Counted from the stretch's first letter, positions 38,503 to 50,386 are shown. The stretch is DNA of 64,000 bases from Balneolaceae bacterium (GCA_034521495.1 JAXHMK010000021.1:115455-179454); one strand, 5' to 3'. Notes: generated by a model not told the origin, from the sequence alone. A program made the numbers and translations.

Positions 38503-40806
38503 TTAATCTACCATCCAATACGTTCCCGTTCACGATTTTGATCGGTATTTGCAGGATTTTCCGGCATCACAAAACCTGGTGGGGGTTCAAACGCATCATA
38601 ACTCCAGGGAGCTTCGGGGTCATCCGTTACGTTATTGATGAACTGTCCCACAATTGGGTAACGCCGTTCTTGCACCCTGACCAATACTGTATCCACCATC
38701 AGTTGGGAATCGTATTCGGCGATCTTCCCCGCCTACCCACGATCCCATGACGATGTGGGGCATCATGGCTACAAACCAGTTATCGGCACTGTTTTGCGTG
38801 GTTCCGGTTTTGCCGGCTACATCCTGCTGAACATTGTACACATTTCTTAAACGCACGCCCGTTCCGTGATAATCCTCTCCGCCGCGAATCACACCGCGCA
38901 TCATATCAACCATCATGTAAGCTGTTTCCGGACTGATGGCTTCCTGGCTGTATTCTGGAAAATATTCAACTAATACATTTCCCTCTTTGTCCTCAATTCT
39001 TGTAATTGCAATCGGTTCGATGTGAACACCTTTATTCACAAAAGTCGTGTAAGCACTCACAAGTTCAAGCAGTGAAACCTCCGCAGTTCCAAGAGCAATG
39101 GAAGGGTAGGGTGGGAAATCACTAACATCTATACCGAGGTTGCTCGCCATATCACGAATCATGCGGGCGGCCGGTTCAAGATCACGGGTTCTGTTTGTTC
39201 CGGGAGCACCGGCAATTTCTGGCAAAAGTCGTATCGTAACGTTATTTAAACTTCGTGCCAGGGCTTCCCGCAGAGGTACCATTTGTGGCCCGGATGGTAT
39301 GGAGGGATCTTTCGGATTCCATGTCTGTCCGTTAGGCTGTATGTAACTGCTGGGATACTTAGAAAATTTGTGATAGGGCATATAACCGTTATCTATGGCT
39401 ACGGCATAGACAAACGGTTTGAACGTAGAACCTGCCTGTCGCTTGGCTTGATGTACATAATCGTACTGTTCGGTTCCAAAATCAGCACCGCCAACCCAGG
39501 CCAAAATGTGCCCATTGTCGGGACGGATAGCTGTGAAGCTTGCCTGTAATTTCGTTCTGACCCTTTTTACTGAATCCACAAAAGAGGAGTCGGCCATTAA
39601 GTGATCAAAAACAACCGATTCCTGGTTTGTCTCGAGTTTCGAGAAGGAATTTTTATATCGGTCTGTTTCCCGAATAAAACTTTTTAAGAAGGAGGGATGT
39701 TTTTCCCAAAGTTCGTCCATATAATCGCCATTGTAGGAGGTCCATTCGTTCTCGAATGTTTTCTGGAACTCTTTGATTTTTTCCTGTACGGCCGCTTCAG
39801 CATGTTTTTGAAGACGCGAATCAATTGTGGTGTATATCACCAGGCCGTCTGAATAAAGATCATACCCATTTTCTTCGGCCCAATCTTCTACTTTCAGGCG
39901 AACATATTCACCGAAATATCGGCTTTCTCGTCCTGCTTTTGATGGCCGTTGATAGTTAAGTGCAATCGGTTCTTCACTTAAATTCTCAAACACTTGCTGG
40001 CTGATAAATCCATGCTTTTGCATCTGGTTCAACACAATATTTCGACGAGACTTGGCTCGTTCAGGAAAAAGTCTTGGGTTATAGGCATATACAGCTTTGA
40101 GTTGCCCGATCAGATTGGCTGATTCAGTCAGAGTTAAATCACTTGCTGGTTTACCATAATGGGTTTGTGCGGCCGATTCAATTCCAAACGCACTGTTGCT
40201 AAATTCAACAGTGTTCAGATACATCTCAATGATTTCCCGTTTGGTGTAATTACTTTCGATCTGAACGGCTGTAATCATCTCGCGCAACTTTCGGGTAACG
40301 GTTACTTCAAACCCAATTTTCCTGTAAAGATTTCGTGCAAGCTGCTGGCTGATTGTAGATCCCCCTTCAAATCGTTGTTGAAGCCAATAATAGGGTAGTC
40401 TCATCAGGCTTTGAAAATCAACTCCCCAGTGATTAAAAAACCGGTGATCTTCAGTGGCGATGAGGGCATTGATAGCATTCGGTGATATTTTTTCAATAGG
40501 AACATAGGTTCTGTTCTCTACGAAATACCGGTCAAGAACTACACCATCTCGGCTTCGTACTTCTGTAGCAATGGCTGTTTTAGGATTTTCAAGCTCCTGG
40601 ATGGAGGGAAGTCCCTGGAAAAGGTAGTACACATATCCGCCGAGAGCTATTAAAAGTATTGCAAGTGTTACTAACCCTGCCTTTACGATTCTATTTGAGA
40701 ATAGCCCCCGAAAAGTTTTTTTCTTTTTTCTCTCGGCTGAGATCTGTTTTCGGTATTCCCGGTCGTTGAAATACCGATCCATGTCTATGTTATTATTATT
40801 GTCCAT
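38499..40806 (-). CDS. Class A penicillin-binding protein (PBP1A-like), frameshift near 38655
   Basis: TG motifs ATEDHRF, GSTISQQL; TP motifs GSTFK, SLN, AGKTGT. Removing one A restores ALPIVGQFIN. Confidence 0.9.
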
Positions 40807-41575
40807 TCAGACCTGCTTTAGACTGATATTCAAATGGTTGAAATTTGTTTGCGCCATCGTCCCATCTAACGAGTTCAATGGCCTCTTTGGTATATTTTAA
40901 AACGGTTTTGTACTTGTTGAAAGCACCGGTATTTATATAGGTTCCCCGGGAAAAAGTTTCCACTCTCGGAACGTGATCGTGCCCCGATACAATCACATCA
41001 AATGGAAAATTTTTGAACATAAATTCTGCCCAGTTGCTAAGGCGTTCGGTATCAATAAAATCTTCATCGCGGGTAAATGATGAGAATGATTTCATTAATT
41101 GTAGCCCGGTTTTTCCGGGTAACAAGAATTTATAGAATCTAACAAATTTAGGATGACGAATAAATCTGTGCAGCAATGGCCTGCGAAGACGAAATTTTTC
41201 GTCTGAGAGTCCGTCGCCATGGCAGAGAAACAGTTTCCTGTCACCCAGATCAAGGTTCATATATTCATGCTCAACTTTAAAGCCGAGTTTCTCAAAATGT
41301 GAAACGGTCCAGTAGTCGTGATTCCCGGTAATATAGGTTGTGGCACTATTCACTGTACGATTATAGCTTTCAAATCGCTTCAGAATATCTTGCCCTAACT
41401 CTGGAACGTAGTCTGGAAATTCCATCCAATAATCAAAAAAATCACCCAATATATGAATCTGTATTTTCTGTGATTCACAATAGTCCACAAGCCGGATAAG
41501 TTCATGTTCCAGTTGCTCTGTTTCCTCAGGATTATTGGCTCCCAAATGGACATCAGACAAAAAAATATGCACCAT
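40796..41575 (-). CDS. UDP-2,3-diacylglucosamine diphosphatase-like metallophosphoesterase (LpxH-like)
   Basis: SDVHLG, GDFFD, GNHD, HGD, SGHDH, NTG motifs. Confidence 0.75.
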   Translation of the reverse strand: MVHIFLSDVHLGANNPEETEQLEHELIRLVDYCESQKIQIHILGDFFDYWMEFPDYVPELGQDILKRFESYNRTVNSATTYITGNHDYWTVSHFEKLGFKVEHEYMNLDLGDRKLFLCHGDGLSDEKFRLRRPLLHRFIRHPKFVRFYKFLLPGKTGLQLMKSFSSFTRDEDFIDTERLSNWAEFMFKNFPFDVIVSGHDHVPRVETFSRGTYINTGAFNKYKTVLKYTKEAIELVRWDDGANKFQPFEYQSKAGLNGQ

Positions 41576-41583
41576 CAGATTGG

Positions 41584-42600
41584 CTATTTCTTTCTTGTGA
41601 TGATGAACTCAACAAGTGCTTTGAAGTCTTCGTAACCTTTCTTTATGGGAAGTTCCTGCAGTAAATCGAGGGCACTATTAGCATAGTTTACCATCTTCGA
41701 TTCAGCAAGCGCCAACCCGTCATGTTCATGAACAAACTGCACAATCTTATCAATATCTTTTTGTGTTTTTTTACGCTTTTTCATGAGACGCCGCGCGTTT
41801 AACTGCTCCATTTTCGACGCATTGTCCAGCGCATAGATAAATGGCAGGGTTACTTTTCTTTCCTGGATGTCGTTGCGTGTTGGTTTGCCAACATCAGCAA
41901 TTCCATAATCAAAAAGATCATCCTTAATCTGGAACGCTATTCCGATTTTCATGCCCACCTCTTTCATCCCCTCGATGGTAGATTCATTATCGGTGGTGGC
42001 AATTGCCCCGCATTGGCAGCAAGCAGAAATAAGGCTTGCTGTTTTTTCAGAGATAATCTGAAAATATCGATCCTCCGTCATATTAAAGAGGTTGGAGGTT
42101 TTTAACTGCCTGAGCTCTCCCTCGCTCATATCGCGAACTGCATCAGAAAGTACATGGAGGAGCTGATATTCTTTATAATCGAGGGCAATGAGTAATCCTT
42201 TTGAGAGTAAAAAATCCCCCAAAAGAACCCCTGCTTTGTTCCGCCAGATTTTGTTGATACTTAAAAAACCCCGCCGTTTATCTGACTCATCAACCACATC
42301 GTCGTGAATAAGTGTAGCGGTGTGAAGAAGCTCAATCATCGTGGCAGCCACAAAACTTCTTTTGTCCACCGTTCCAAACATTCGGGCGGTCATAAAAACA
42401 AGAGTGGGACGAATCTCTTTGCCCTTCTGCCGCAGAAGATAACGTATGATTTGATCCAACAAGAAAACATCGCTGCTGATTTCGTCTTTAAAAAAACTAC
42501 GAAATATACTAAGATGCTCCTGTACGGGTTCAGTTATTTCCTTTAGTGAGCTTTTATTTTTAGGAATATCTTTGGTATGTGGCAATACCTCTTGTGTCAT
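41584..42600 (-). CDS. Polyprenyl diphosphate synthase
   Basis: GKEIRP, LIHDDVVD..RRG, FQIKDD motifs. Confidence 0.93.
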   Translation of the reverse strand: MTQEVLPHTKDIPKNKSSLKEITEPVQEHLSIFRSFFKDEISSDVFLLDQIIRYLLRQKGKEIRPTLVFMTARMFGTVDKRSFVAATMIELLHTATLIHDDVVDESDKRRGFLSINKIWRNKAGVLLGDFLLSKGLLIALDYKEYQLLHVLSDAVRDMSEGELRQLKTSNLFNMTEDRYFQIISEKTASLISACCQCGAIATTDNESTIEGMKEVGMKIGIAFQIKDDLFDYGIADVGKPTRNDIQERKVTLPFIYALDNASKMEQLNARRLMKKRKKTQKDIDKIVQFVHEHDGLALAESKMVNYANSALDLLQELPIKKGYEDFKALVEFIITRKK

Positions 42601-42728
42601 TAATGCAGTTCAGTTTGAAACTTTAAACGTTGAAAATACAAATTATGGTGATTAATTATTTGCGCAAAGTTTTAGGGCTGATTAGTTTTGCATGAAATAA
42701 TTTAAATTGCTTAATCAGAAATTACATT

Positions 42729-43697
42729 TTGAAAAAAATAGCCACCCTCACAAGTGGTGGGGATGCCCCCGGGATGAATGCAGCCATTCGTGCAATCATT
42801 CGAGGTGCAGCACATTTTAACGTAGATGTAACCGCTATTCGTCACGGCTACAAAGGGCTGATCGATGGTTCGTTTGCCGACCTTCAACATACAGATGTTT
42901 CAGGTATAATTCAGAGGGGCGGTACCATTTTAAAATCTGCCAGGTCTGAGGAATTCCGGACAAAGAAAGGCAGAGAAAAAGCGGCCGATCAGCTGAGGGC
43001 ACAGAATGTAGATGCGCTTATTGTAATTGGAGGAGATGGAACCTTCCGCGGTGCAACTCTCCTTGCACAAGAACATGGTATAAATACGGTTGGCATTCCT
43101 GCAACTATAGACAATGATCTGATAGGTACAGATGAGACGATTGGTTATGATACAGCTCTGAACACGGCAATGGAGGCTATAGACAAAATCCGGGATACTG
43201 CCGATGCTCATGAACGTCTCTTTTTTATTGAAGTGATGGGAAGGGATGCCGGATTTATAGCACTTGAAACCGGAATTGCAAGTGGTGCTGAAATGATTGT
43301 GCTGCCCGAGTATCTTACAAGTACTTCTGAGATTAAGGAATCCCTCAGAAAAGTTTTAAAGTTTCATAAAAGAAGCTCACTTGTGGTTATTGCCGAAGGA
43401 GATCAGACCGGTGGTGCTCTGAAAATATCGCAAGATCTGGAAAAGGATTTCGAAGAGTATGACATGAAAGTTGCGATCCTGGGTCACGTTCAGCGTGGCG
43501 GTAACCCGTCGGCAAGAGATCGTGTGCTTGCAACTCGCCTGGGATTTGAAGCTGTTCAGGCCATTCATAACGGCGAGAGTGAAGTGATGGTTGGAATTAT
43601 AAATAACAATGTGAAATTGACCCCACTGAAGGATACTTTTGGAAAGATAAAAGAGATCAATCACGATTTGGTTGCTCTCGCAAAAATATTGAGATAA
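42729..43697 (+). CDS. pfkA: 6-phosphofructokinase
   Basis: TSGGDAPGMN, GGDGT, TIDND, EVMGR, LGHVQRGG. Confidence 0.97.
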   Translation: MKKIATLTSGGDAPGMNAAIRAIIRGAAHFNVDVTAIRHGYKGLIDGSFADLQHTDVSGIIQRGGTILKSARSEEFRTKKGREKAADQLRAQNVDALIVIGGDGTFRGATLLAQEHGINTVGIPATIDNDLIGTDETIGYDTALNTAMEAIDKIRDTADAHERLFFIEVMGRDAGFIALETGIASGAEMIVLPEYLTSTSEIKESLRKVLKFHKRSSLVVIAEGDQTGGALKISQDLEKDFEEYDMKVAILGHVQRGGNPSARDRVLATRLGFEAVQAIHNGESEVMVGIINNNVKLTPLKDTFGKIKEINHDLVALAKILR

Positions 43698-43709
43698 TGA
43701 GGCTATACT

Positions 43710-45002
43710 ATGATAACTACTGATGTAAAAAGTGCACGCTCTTTTCTATCTGATGATGAGTATGACGAAGCATTAAATTTGGCAAAGAAAAGCTATAAAC
43801 AGGTTGAAAATAAAACCGGGCAGGGCAGCGAATGGCTTGGTTGGCAGAGAATTTTGAATGAGCCCAATGATGCCGAATTAGAAGAGATTGCCAGCCATGC
43901 TGCACGAATCCGGCAGGATGCTGATATTTTTATTGTATGTGGAATTGGCGGGTCGTACACCGGCGCAATGGCGATTATTAAAGCACTGAGTCCATATTTT
44001 AAAAACAACGGTCCCGAAATTTTGTATGCCGGTCATCATATGAGCGGTAAATACCTGGAACAGTTGATGGAGTATCTGAAAACCCCTGATGAGGATGGAG
44101 AACTGAAAAGTGTTTACCTGAATGGGATTTCCAAGTCGGGTTCTACGCTGGAAACGGCTCTTGCCTTTCGGACCATTCGCTCATGGATGCATGAAGTGTA
44201 TGAGGATGCCAGTGACCGAATCATCGCCACTACAGGCAAAGAGGGCGGTGTTATGAATAAAATTGTGGCAAAAGAGGGATATCAAAAATATATAATCCCG
44301 GATGATGTTGGCGGACGGTTTTCCGTTCTGACACCTGTTGGTTTGCTTCCTATTGCAGTAGCCGGTATCGATATTCAGACACTTTATTATGGGGCTGTTT
44401 CTGAGTATGAAGATTGTAATGAAGGCCAGGAAACTATTTTGGAATATGCCGCTCTTCGATACTCATTCTTGAAAAAAGGTTACGCATTGGATGTGATTAC
44501 ATCATTTGAGCCGGAACTATTAGGAATAACAGCCTGGATTCAACAACTCCTTGGAGAGAGCGAAGGTAAAGAGGGAAAGGGGATGTTCCCGGCAATGGCT
44601 GGTTATTCCACAGATCTTCACAGTATCGGCCAGATCATTCAGGAAGGTCAGCGAAATTTAATTGAAACGATACTGGTGGTAAAGAAACCTATATCCAATT
44701 TTACAGTCAATGAAACGAAGGGCGAAGATATTGATCAGCTTGGATATGTTGCCGGCAAATCATTTCATGAGATTAATAAAAGCGCGCTCGGCGGAACGGT
44801 AGAAGCTCATACTGAAGGAGGTGTTCCTGTTTTGAAAATTATTATCGAAGAACTGAATGCTCAGCAGTTGGGCAAACTGATCTATTTCTATGAGCTTTTT
44901 ACGGCTGTGTATGTTTATATGCTTGAGGTGAATCCGTTTAACCAGCCGGGTGTTGAAGGTTATAAGAAAGCGATGTACAGGTTATTAGGAAAAAATGGAT
45001 AA
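43710..45002 (+). CDS. pgi: Glucose-6-phosphate isomerase
   Basis: GIGGSY, SKSGSTLET, GGRFSVL, ESEGK, NPFNQPGVEGYK. Confidence 0.96.
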   Translation: MITTDVKSARSFLSDDEYDEALNLAKKSYKQVENKTGQGSEWLGWQRILNEPNDAELEEIASHAARIRQDADIFIVCGIGGSYTGAMAIIKALSPYFKNNGPEILYAGHHMSGKYLEQLMEYLKTPDEDGELKSVYLNGISKSGSTLETALAFRTIRSWMHEVYEDASDRIIATTGKEGGVMNKIVAKEGYQKYIIPDDVGGRFSVLTPVGLLPIAVAGIDIQTLYYGAVSEYEDCNEGQETILEYAALRYSFLKKGYALDVITSFEPELLGITAWIQQLLGESEGKEGKGMFPAMAGYSTDLHSIGQIIQEGQRNLIETILVVKKPISNFTVNETKGEDIDQLGYVAGKSFHEINKSALGGTVEAHTEGGVPVLKIIIEELNAQQLGKLIYFYELFTAVYVYMLEVNPFNQPGVEGYKKAMYRLLGKNG

Positions 45003-45639
45003 TATGCCGGCTCAAAAAGAAAAAAAATATATAGCTATTGCGGGAAATATCGGTGCGGGAAAATCATCCCTGACCGAGCTGTTAGGCAAAAACTTTGGAT
45101 GGAAAACCTATTACGAATCCGTAGACGATAATCCCTACCTGTCAGATTTTTATGAGGATATGAGACGCTGGAGCTTTAATCTTCAAATCTACTTTTTGTC
45201 CAGCCGGTTTCAGCATCAAAAAAAGCTTATGGCACTCGATAAAAGCCTTATACAGGATCGAACGATCTACGAAGATGTGGAAATTTTTGCGAAAAACCTG
45301 CATGAAATGGGCTTGATGAGCGATCGGGATTTTAAAAACTACTGCGCTCTTTTCGATGAAATGGAACATTATCTTCAGGCACCTGACCTGCTAATTTATC
45401 TTCGTGCTGAAGTACCAACCCTTGTTCGGCAGATACAACAACGGGGCCGGGATTATGAGAACACCATTCGAATTGAGTATTTGGAACGGTTGAACCGCCT
45501 TTATGAAGATTGGATTGATCGGTATGACCAGGAAAAGCTGATTATAGATACCGATAACCTGGATTTTGTGAATAATCAGGACGATCTGGGGAAAGTCCTG
45601 GAGCTGATTGAGCAAAGGTTATTCGGGTTGTTTAATTAA
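44995..45639 (+). CDS. Deoxynucleoside kinase
   Basis: GNIGAGKS, QDRTIYED, RGRDYE. Confidence 0.92.
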   Translation: MDNMPAQKEKKYIAIAGNIGAGKSSLTELLGKNFGWKTYYESVDDNPYLSDFYEDMRRWSFNLQIYFLSSRFQHQKKLMALDKSLIQDRTIYEDVEIFAKNLHEMGLMSDRDFKNYCALFDEMEHYLQAPDLLIYLRAEVPTLVRQIQQRGRDYENTIRIEYLERLNRLYEDWIDRYDQEKLIIDTDNLDFVNNQDDLGKVLELIEQRLFGLFN

Positions 45640-45680
45640 ATTGCATAAAAAAAGAGTTCTGTCTATCTTTTAAAGCTATT

Positions 45681-46199
45681 GTGGAAACGTCAAAATTAAT
45701 ATTTGATTTACAAGAGATACCCGACGGACAAAGTGAAAGAACTGTATCTTTATCTGAAGGCGATCTCAAATTAGATGATGAAGTTACTCTGAAAAAGGGC
45801 GATGTTCATATTAACTTCCTTAGAACCAATCATTTTATTGAAGTTAATTTTGAAATTGATGTGGACACAGAATTAATTTGTGATCGATCATTAAAACCAT
45901 TTTCAAAGCATTTAAATGGTTCTTATCACGTACTTTTTGAACCGGATGACATCGAAGATACTGAAACAGAAAAAGGTGCCGTTCGGCAAATTCCACCGGA
46001 AGATTTAGTGCTGGATATTGAAAAAGAGGTCCGTGATACGATCATGCTGGAAATACCGGTTCGAAAAATTCATCCGGATTATCTTGATTCTGAAGGAAAA
46101 CCGGAAGATTTTGAAACGAAATGTTATGGTCCGGAACCTGATGAGGAAGAAATGATTGACCCAAGATGGGAAAAATTAAAGAAACTGAAGAAAACTTAA
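45681..46199 (+). CDS. DUF177/YceD family protein
   Basis: CDRSL, C-terminal DPRWEKLKKL; position before rpmF. Confidence 0.88.
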   Translation: METSKLIFDLQEIPDGQSERTVSLSEGDLKLDDEVTLKKGDVHINFLRTNHFIEVNFEIDVDTELICDRSLKPFSKHLNGSYHVLFEPDDIEDTETEKGAVRQIPPEDLVLDIEKEVRDTIMLEIPVRKIHPDYLDSEGKPEDFETKCYGPEPDEEEMIDPRWEKLKKLKKT

Positions 46200-46210
46200 A
46201 TTAAATTTAC

Positions 46211-46390
46211 ATGGCACATCCAAAACGAAAAACTTCCAAGTCTCGCAAAAATAAGAGACGTTCTCACCATGGATTGTCCGATATTCAACTCACAGAATGT
46301 TCTAACTGTGGCGCGATGCACAAGCGCCATCATGTTTGCATGGAATGTGGGCATTATCGTGGCAGACAGGTGATTAATATTTCTAATTAA
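46211..46390 (+). CDS. rpmF: 50S ribosomal protein L32 (Zn-binding form); below the ORF-track cutoff
   Basis: [19 protein letters not shown]...CSNC...[12 protein letters not shown]. Confidence 0.97.
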   Translation: MAHPKRKTSKSRKNKRRSHHGLSDIQLTECSNCGAMHKRHHVCMECGHYRGRQVINISN

Positions 46391-46405
46391 TCTAAAGGTA
46401 ACCAC

Positions 46406-47395
46406 ATGGTGATTGCTGTTGATGCGGTAGGAGGGGACCACTTTCCAAAAATTCCGATTCAGGGGGCAGTTCAGGCATCACAGGAAAATGCCGAGATTGA
46501 AATCCTTTTGGTGGGACCAAAAGAGATGATCCAAAAAGAACTGGATGATCTTGAGTACGATTCCAACAGGATTCATATTCTGCATGCTCCGGAAATCATA
46601 TCTATGAATGAATCGCCTGCAGCAGCTGTCAAATCCAAGCAATCTTCATCCATTGCCGTGGGACTCTCTGCTCATAAAAAAGGGGAGTGCGAAGCTTTTG
46701 TAAGTGTAGGAAACACGGGAGCATTACTGGCTGCATCCACATTTATGCTCGGCAAACTTGAAGGGGTGATACGGCCAACTATCGCAGCTACTTATCCCAA
46801 TTTAAAGGGTATAAGCCTGTTGACAGACGCCGGAGCAAATCTTGAGCTAAAGCCTGAGATGTATCTCCAGTTTGCCAAAATGAGCCGCATTCTTGCGAAG
46901 GAAATTCTGGATATTGAAGATCCCACTGTAGGTCTGTTAAATGTTGGGGAAGAACCCGAGAAAGGACTTGAACTGCATAAGAAAGTATATGATTTACTAT
47001 CAGATCTGAGCTATTTTTCAGGAAATATTGAAGGAAAAGATATTTTGTATGGAAAAACAGATGTCTATCTTGTTGACGGATTTTGCGGAAACGTTCTGCT
47101 GAAATTTGGTGAATCTATTCCCGAAATTCTGAAACAACTGCTCAAAAAGACGATGACCGACGAGAAGATAGAACCCGAGATGCAGAAAAAGGTATTTGGA
47201 ATTTTATCAAAATCGCTCAGAGCCTTTAATTATGAACACGTAGGCGGCATTCCCTTTCTTGGAGTGAACGGAATGAGCCTTGTAGGACATGGTGGCAGTT
47301 CGGCAATAGCAATCAAAAATATGATCCTTAATGCCGTTCAGTGTGTTGAGCACGGTATCAATGACAAAATTGTAGCATCTCTAAACGAAAACTAA
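46406..47395 (+). CDS. plsX: Phosphate acyltransferase
   Basis: AVDAVGGD, GNTGA, DAGAN, LLNVGEE.KG, DGFCGN. Confidence 0.95.
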   Translation: MVIAVDAVGGDHFPKIPIQGAVQASQENAEIEILLVGPKEMIQKELDDLEYDSNRIHILHAPEIISMNESPAAAVKSKQSSSIAVGLSAHKKGECEAFVSVGNTGALLAASTFMLGKLEGVIRPTIAATYPNLKGISLLTDAGANLELKPEMYLQFAKMSRILAKEILDIEDPTVGLLNVGEEPEKGLELHKKVYDLLSDLSYFSGNIEGKDILYGKTDVYLVDGFCGNVLLKFGESIPEILKQLLKKTMTDEKIEPEMQKKVFGILSKSLRAFNYEHVGGIPFLGVNGMSLVGHGGSSAIAIKNMILNAVQCVEHGINDKIVASLNEN

Positions 47396-47403
47396 CTGAT
47401 TTA

Positions 47404-48390
47404 ATGTCTGTAAAGCGAGCTAAGATTAGCGGGGTTGGGCATTTTTTGCCCGATTATGTATTGACCAATAAAGAACTCGAAAATTTAGTTGAGACCAATG
47501 ATGAGTGGATTCGTTCGCGAACAGGGATTGCTGAGCGGCGAATATTAAAAGATCCGGAAAAGGCAACATCTTTTATGGCCGAAAAAGCAGCTCTTGAAGC
47601 TCTTGAAGATGCCGGCGTTGACGCAACAGAAATTGATGCAATTATTGTAGCCACTGTAACGCCCGATTATATGTTTCCAGCTACAGCTGCACTTGTTCAA
47701 AAACGGATAGGTGCAGAAAATGCCTATGGGTTTGATCTATCAGCTGCCTGTTCAGGATTCCTTTTTGCTCTTTCCAACGGAAGTATGATGATTGAGTCGG
47801 GCCGTGCTAAAAAAGTTTTAGTGATTGGCGCAGATAAGATGAGTGCTATTGTTGATTTTACAGATCGATCCACTTGTATCTTGTTTGGTGATGCTGCCGG
47901 AGCTGTTGTTCTCGAAGAAACAGATAGAGATGGTATCATCGATTATGTTCAACACACGAATGGGGATGAAGAGTGCTTGCTTTATCAACCTGCGGGTGGG
48001 AGTATAAACCCGGCAAGTGAAGAAACTGTTAAGAACAAGCTGCATTTTCTTCGGCAGGATGGCCGCGTTGTGTTTAAGAAAGCTACTGAAGGAATGGCCG
48101 ATGTATCCCTGGAAATTATGGAACGAAACAATCTCAGCGGAGATGATGTCACATGGCTTGTTCCCCATCAGGCCAATAAAAGAATAATTAGTGCAACGGC
48201 ACGCAGAATGGGGCTTTCAGAAGATAAAGTGATGATAAATATTGAAAAATATGGAAATACCACTGCTGCCACGATCCCTCTTTGTTTATATGATTGGAAA
48301 GATCAACTTAAAGATGGTGACAGTCTGATCCTTTCAGCATTTGGTGGAGGATTAACATGGGGAGCTATCTACCTGAAATGGAGTAAATAA
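47404..48390 (+). CDS. fabH: 3-oxoacyl-ACP synthase III
   Basis: AACSGF, FGDAAGA, PHQAN, GNTTAA, FGGGLTW. Confidence 0.96.
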   Translation: MSVKRAKISGVGHFLPDYVLTNKELENLVETNDEWIRSRTGIAERRILKDPEKATSFMAEKAALEALEDAGVDATEIDAIIVATVTPDYMFPATAALVQKRIGAENAYGFDLSAACSGFLFALSNGSMMIESGRAKKVLVIGADKMSAIVDFTDRSTCILFGDAAGAVVLEETDRDGIIDYVQHTNGDEECLLYQPAGGSINPASEETVKNKLHFLRQDGRVVFKKATEGMADVSLEIMERNNLSGDDVTWLVPHQANKRIISATARRMGLSEDKVMINIEKYGNTTAATIPLCLYDWKDQLKDGDSLILSAFGGGLTWGAIYLKWSK

Positions 48391-49277
48391 TGCGTACAGC
48401 TATTCTATTTCCGGGTCAGGGCTCTCAAAAAGTTGGAATGGGACTCGATCACTATGAATCGAATCCAAAATTCCGGTCAATTATTGATGAAGCTGATGAG
48501 CTTCTCGGATATTCATTGAGTGAAATTATGTTTGAGGGACCATCTGATGAGCTGACTCAGACAAAGTACACTCAACCGGCCATTTTTCTTCACTCCTATG
48601 CATTGTTTACCACACTGGATTTGGATCCGGATGTAATGGCAGGACATAGTTTGGGAGAATTTACAGCCTTAACGGCGGCCGGAGCCCTGGATTTTGAATC
48701 GGCCCTGGAGTTAGTAGCTCTTCGCGGCCAAAAAATGCAGGAAGCCGGGGATGAAAATCCCGGAACAATGGCTGCTATCATAGGAATGGACGATGAGACT
48801 GTAGATAAAATTTGTGAAGAAGCCACCGAAGAGATTGGAAAACCGGTTGTTTCGGCCAATTATAATTGTCCGGGTCAGCTTGTTATTTCAGGCGATGTGG
48901 ATGCGGTTCATAAAGCTGTTGACATTGCAAAAGAAAAAGGCTGTCGGTTGGCTAAAATTCTGCCTGTCAGTGGGGCTTTTCATTCCCCACTTATGAAACC
49001 GGCATTTGATGCACTTCAAAAGAAATTGGAAAGTACCACGTTTTTCCGTCCTCGTTTTAAAGTATTTAGTAATTTTACGGCTCGGCCAACAAGGGACGAG
49101 AGTGAACTAAAAGATAATGTTCTTCAACAACTGTTGAATCCTGTACGATGGACGCAGACATTATTGAATATGGAAAAAGAAGAAGTAAATTCGTTTGTTG
49201 AGGTTGGTCCCGGAAATGTTCTCCAGGGCTTGGTGAAACGAACTCTGAAGGAAATTAATATTGAAGGATATCAATAG
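48390..49277 (+). CDS. fabD: Malonyl-CoA-ACP transacylase
   Basis: FPGQGSQ, GHSLGE, VSGAFHS. Confidence 0.96.
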   Translation: MRTAILFPGQGSQKVGMGLDHYESNPKFRSIIDEADELLGYSLSEIMFEGPSDELTQTKYTQPAIFLHSYALFTTLDLDPDVMAGHSLGEFTALTAAGALDFESALELVALRGQKMQEAGDENPGTMAAIIGMDDETVDKICEEATEEIGKPVVSANYNCPGQLVISGDVDAVHKAVDIAKEKGCRLAKILPVSGAFHSPLMKPAFDALQKKLESTTFFRPRFKVFSNFTARPTRDESELKDNVLQQLLNPVRWTQTLLNMEKEEVNSFVEVGPGNVLQGLVKRTLKEINIEGYQ

Positions 49278-49283
49278 AATAAC

Positions 49284-50030
49284 ATGATAAATCTGGAAGG
49301 AAAAAATTGCCTGGTTACCGGTGGAAGCCGGGGTATTGGTAAATCAATTGCTCTAACACTGGCAAAAGCCGGGGCAAATGTAGCTATTACATATGCAAGT
49401 TCGGCTGATGCGGCTGCCGAAGTTGTGAAGGAGATTGAAAATGAAGGTGGAAAGGGAACATCCTATCAAGCCGATGCGGTTAAGCTCGACAGGGCAGAAG
49501 AGGTAATTTCTGATATTGTTGATAAATGGGGTTCATTACATGTGTTAGTAAACAATGCCGGAATTACAAGAGATAATCTCATACTCAGAATGGATGAGAA
49601 GGCATGGGACGATGTAATCACTACCAATCTGAAAAGTGTATTTAATTACAGTAAAGCAGCTGCAAAACCGATGATGCGGGCAAGAGGCGGATCAATCATA
49701 AATATCAGTTCCGTTGTGGGACTGAGCGGAAATGCAGGGCAAAGTAATTATGCCGCATCTAAAGCAGGTATTGTTGGGTTTACAAAATCGTACGCAAAGG
49801 AACTTGCAAGCCGTAATATTCGGGCAAATGTTGTTGCCCCTGGTTATATTTTAACCGAAATGACCGAAAATCTCAGTGAAAAAGTATTGGAAACAATTAA
49901 AGAGGAAACACCACTTGGACGGGCAGGAGATCCCGAAGAGGTTTCGAATGTGGTTGCTTTTCTCGCGTCAGATATCAGCTCATACATTACTGGAGAAGTA
50001 ATCCGTGTAGATGGCGGTATGGCTATGTAA
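49284..50030 (+). CDS. fabG: 3-oxoacyl-ACP reductase
   Basis: TGGSRGIG, NNAGIT, YAASK. Confidence 0.96.
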   Translation: MINLEGKNCLVTGGSRGIGKSIALTLAKAGANVAITYASSADAAAEVVKEIENEGGKGTSYQADAVKLDRAEEVISDIVDKWGSLHVLVNNAGITRDNLILRMDEKAWDDVITTNLKSVFNYSKAAAKPMMRARGGSIINISSVVGLSGNAGQSNYAASKAGIVGFTKSYAKELASRNIRANVVAPGYILTEMTENLSEKVLETIKEETPLGRAGDPEEVSNVVAFLASDISSYITGEVIRVDGGMAM

Positions 50031-50149
50031 TAAGCCATTTAGACGATTGATTTGTGCGTGTTATTTTATGAGCAGATGTTGTATTTTCACGTATCTAAAA
50101 TTTTAATGAACTTATTTTTAACTACTAAACCAAACAAAAGGTCTAATTT

Positions 50150-50386
50150 ATGTCACAGGACGTTGAAGCTAAAGTAAAATCTATTATTGTTGATAAACTC
50201 GGAGTTGATGAGTCTGAAGTTGTTGCAGAGGCGAACTTTACGAATGATCTGGGTGCCGATTCTCTGGACACTGTTGAACTCATCATGGAGTTTGAAAAAG
50301 AATTTGATATTAGTATACCTGATGAAGACGCCGAAAATATTGCAACAGTAGGCGATGCTATCAAATACATTCAGGAGAAATCGTAG
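50150..50386 (+). CDS. acpP: Acyl carrier protein
   Basis: [12 protein letters not shown]. Confidence 0.97.
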   Translation: MSQDVEAKVKSIIVDKLGVDESEVVAEANFTNDLGADSLDTVELIMEFEKEFDISIPDEDAENIATVGDAIKYIQEKS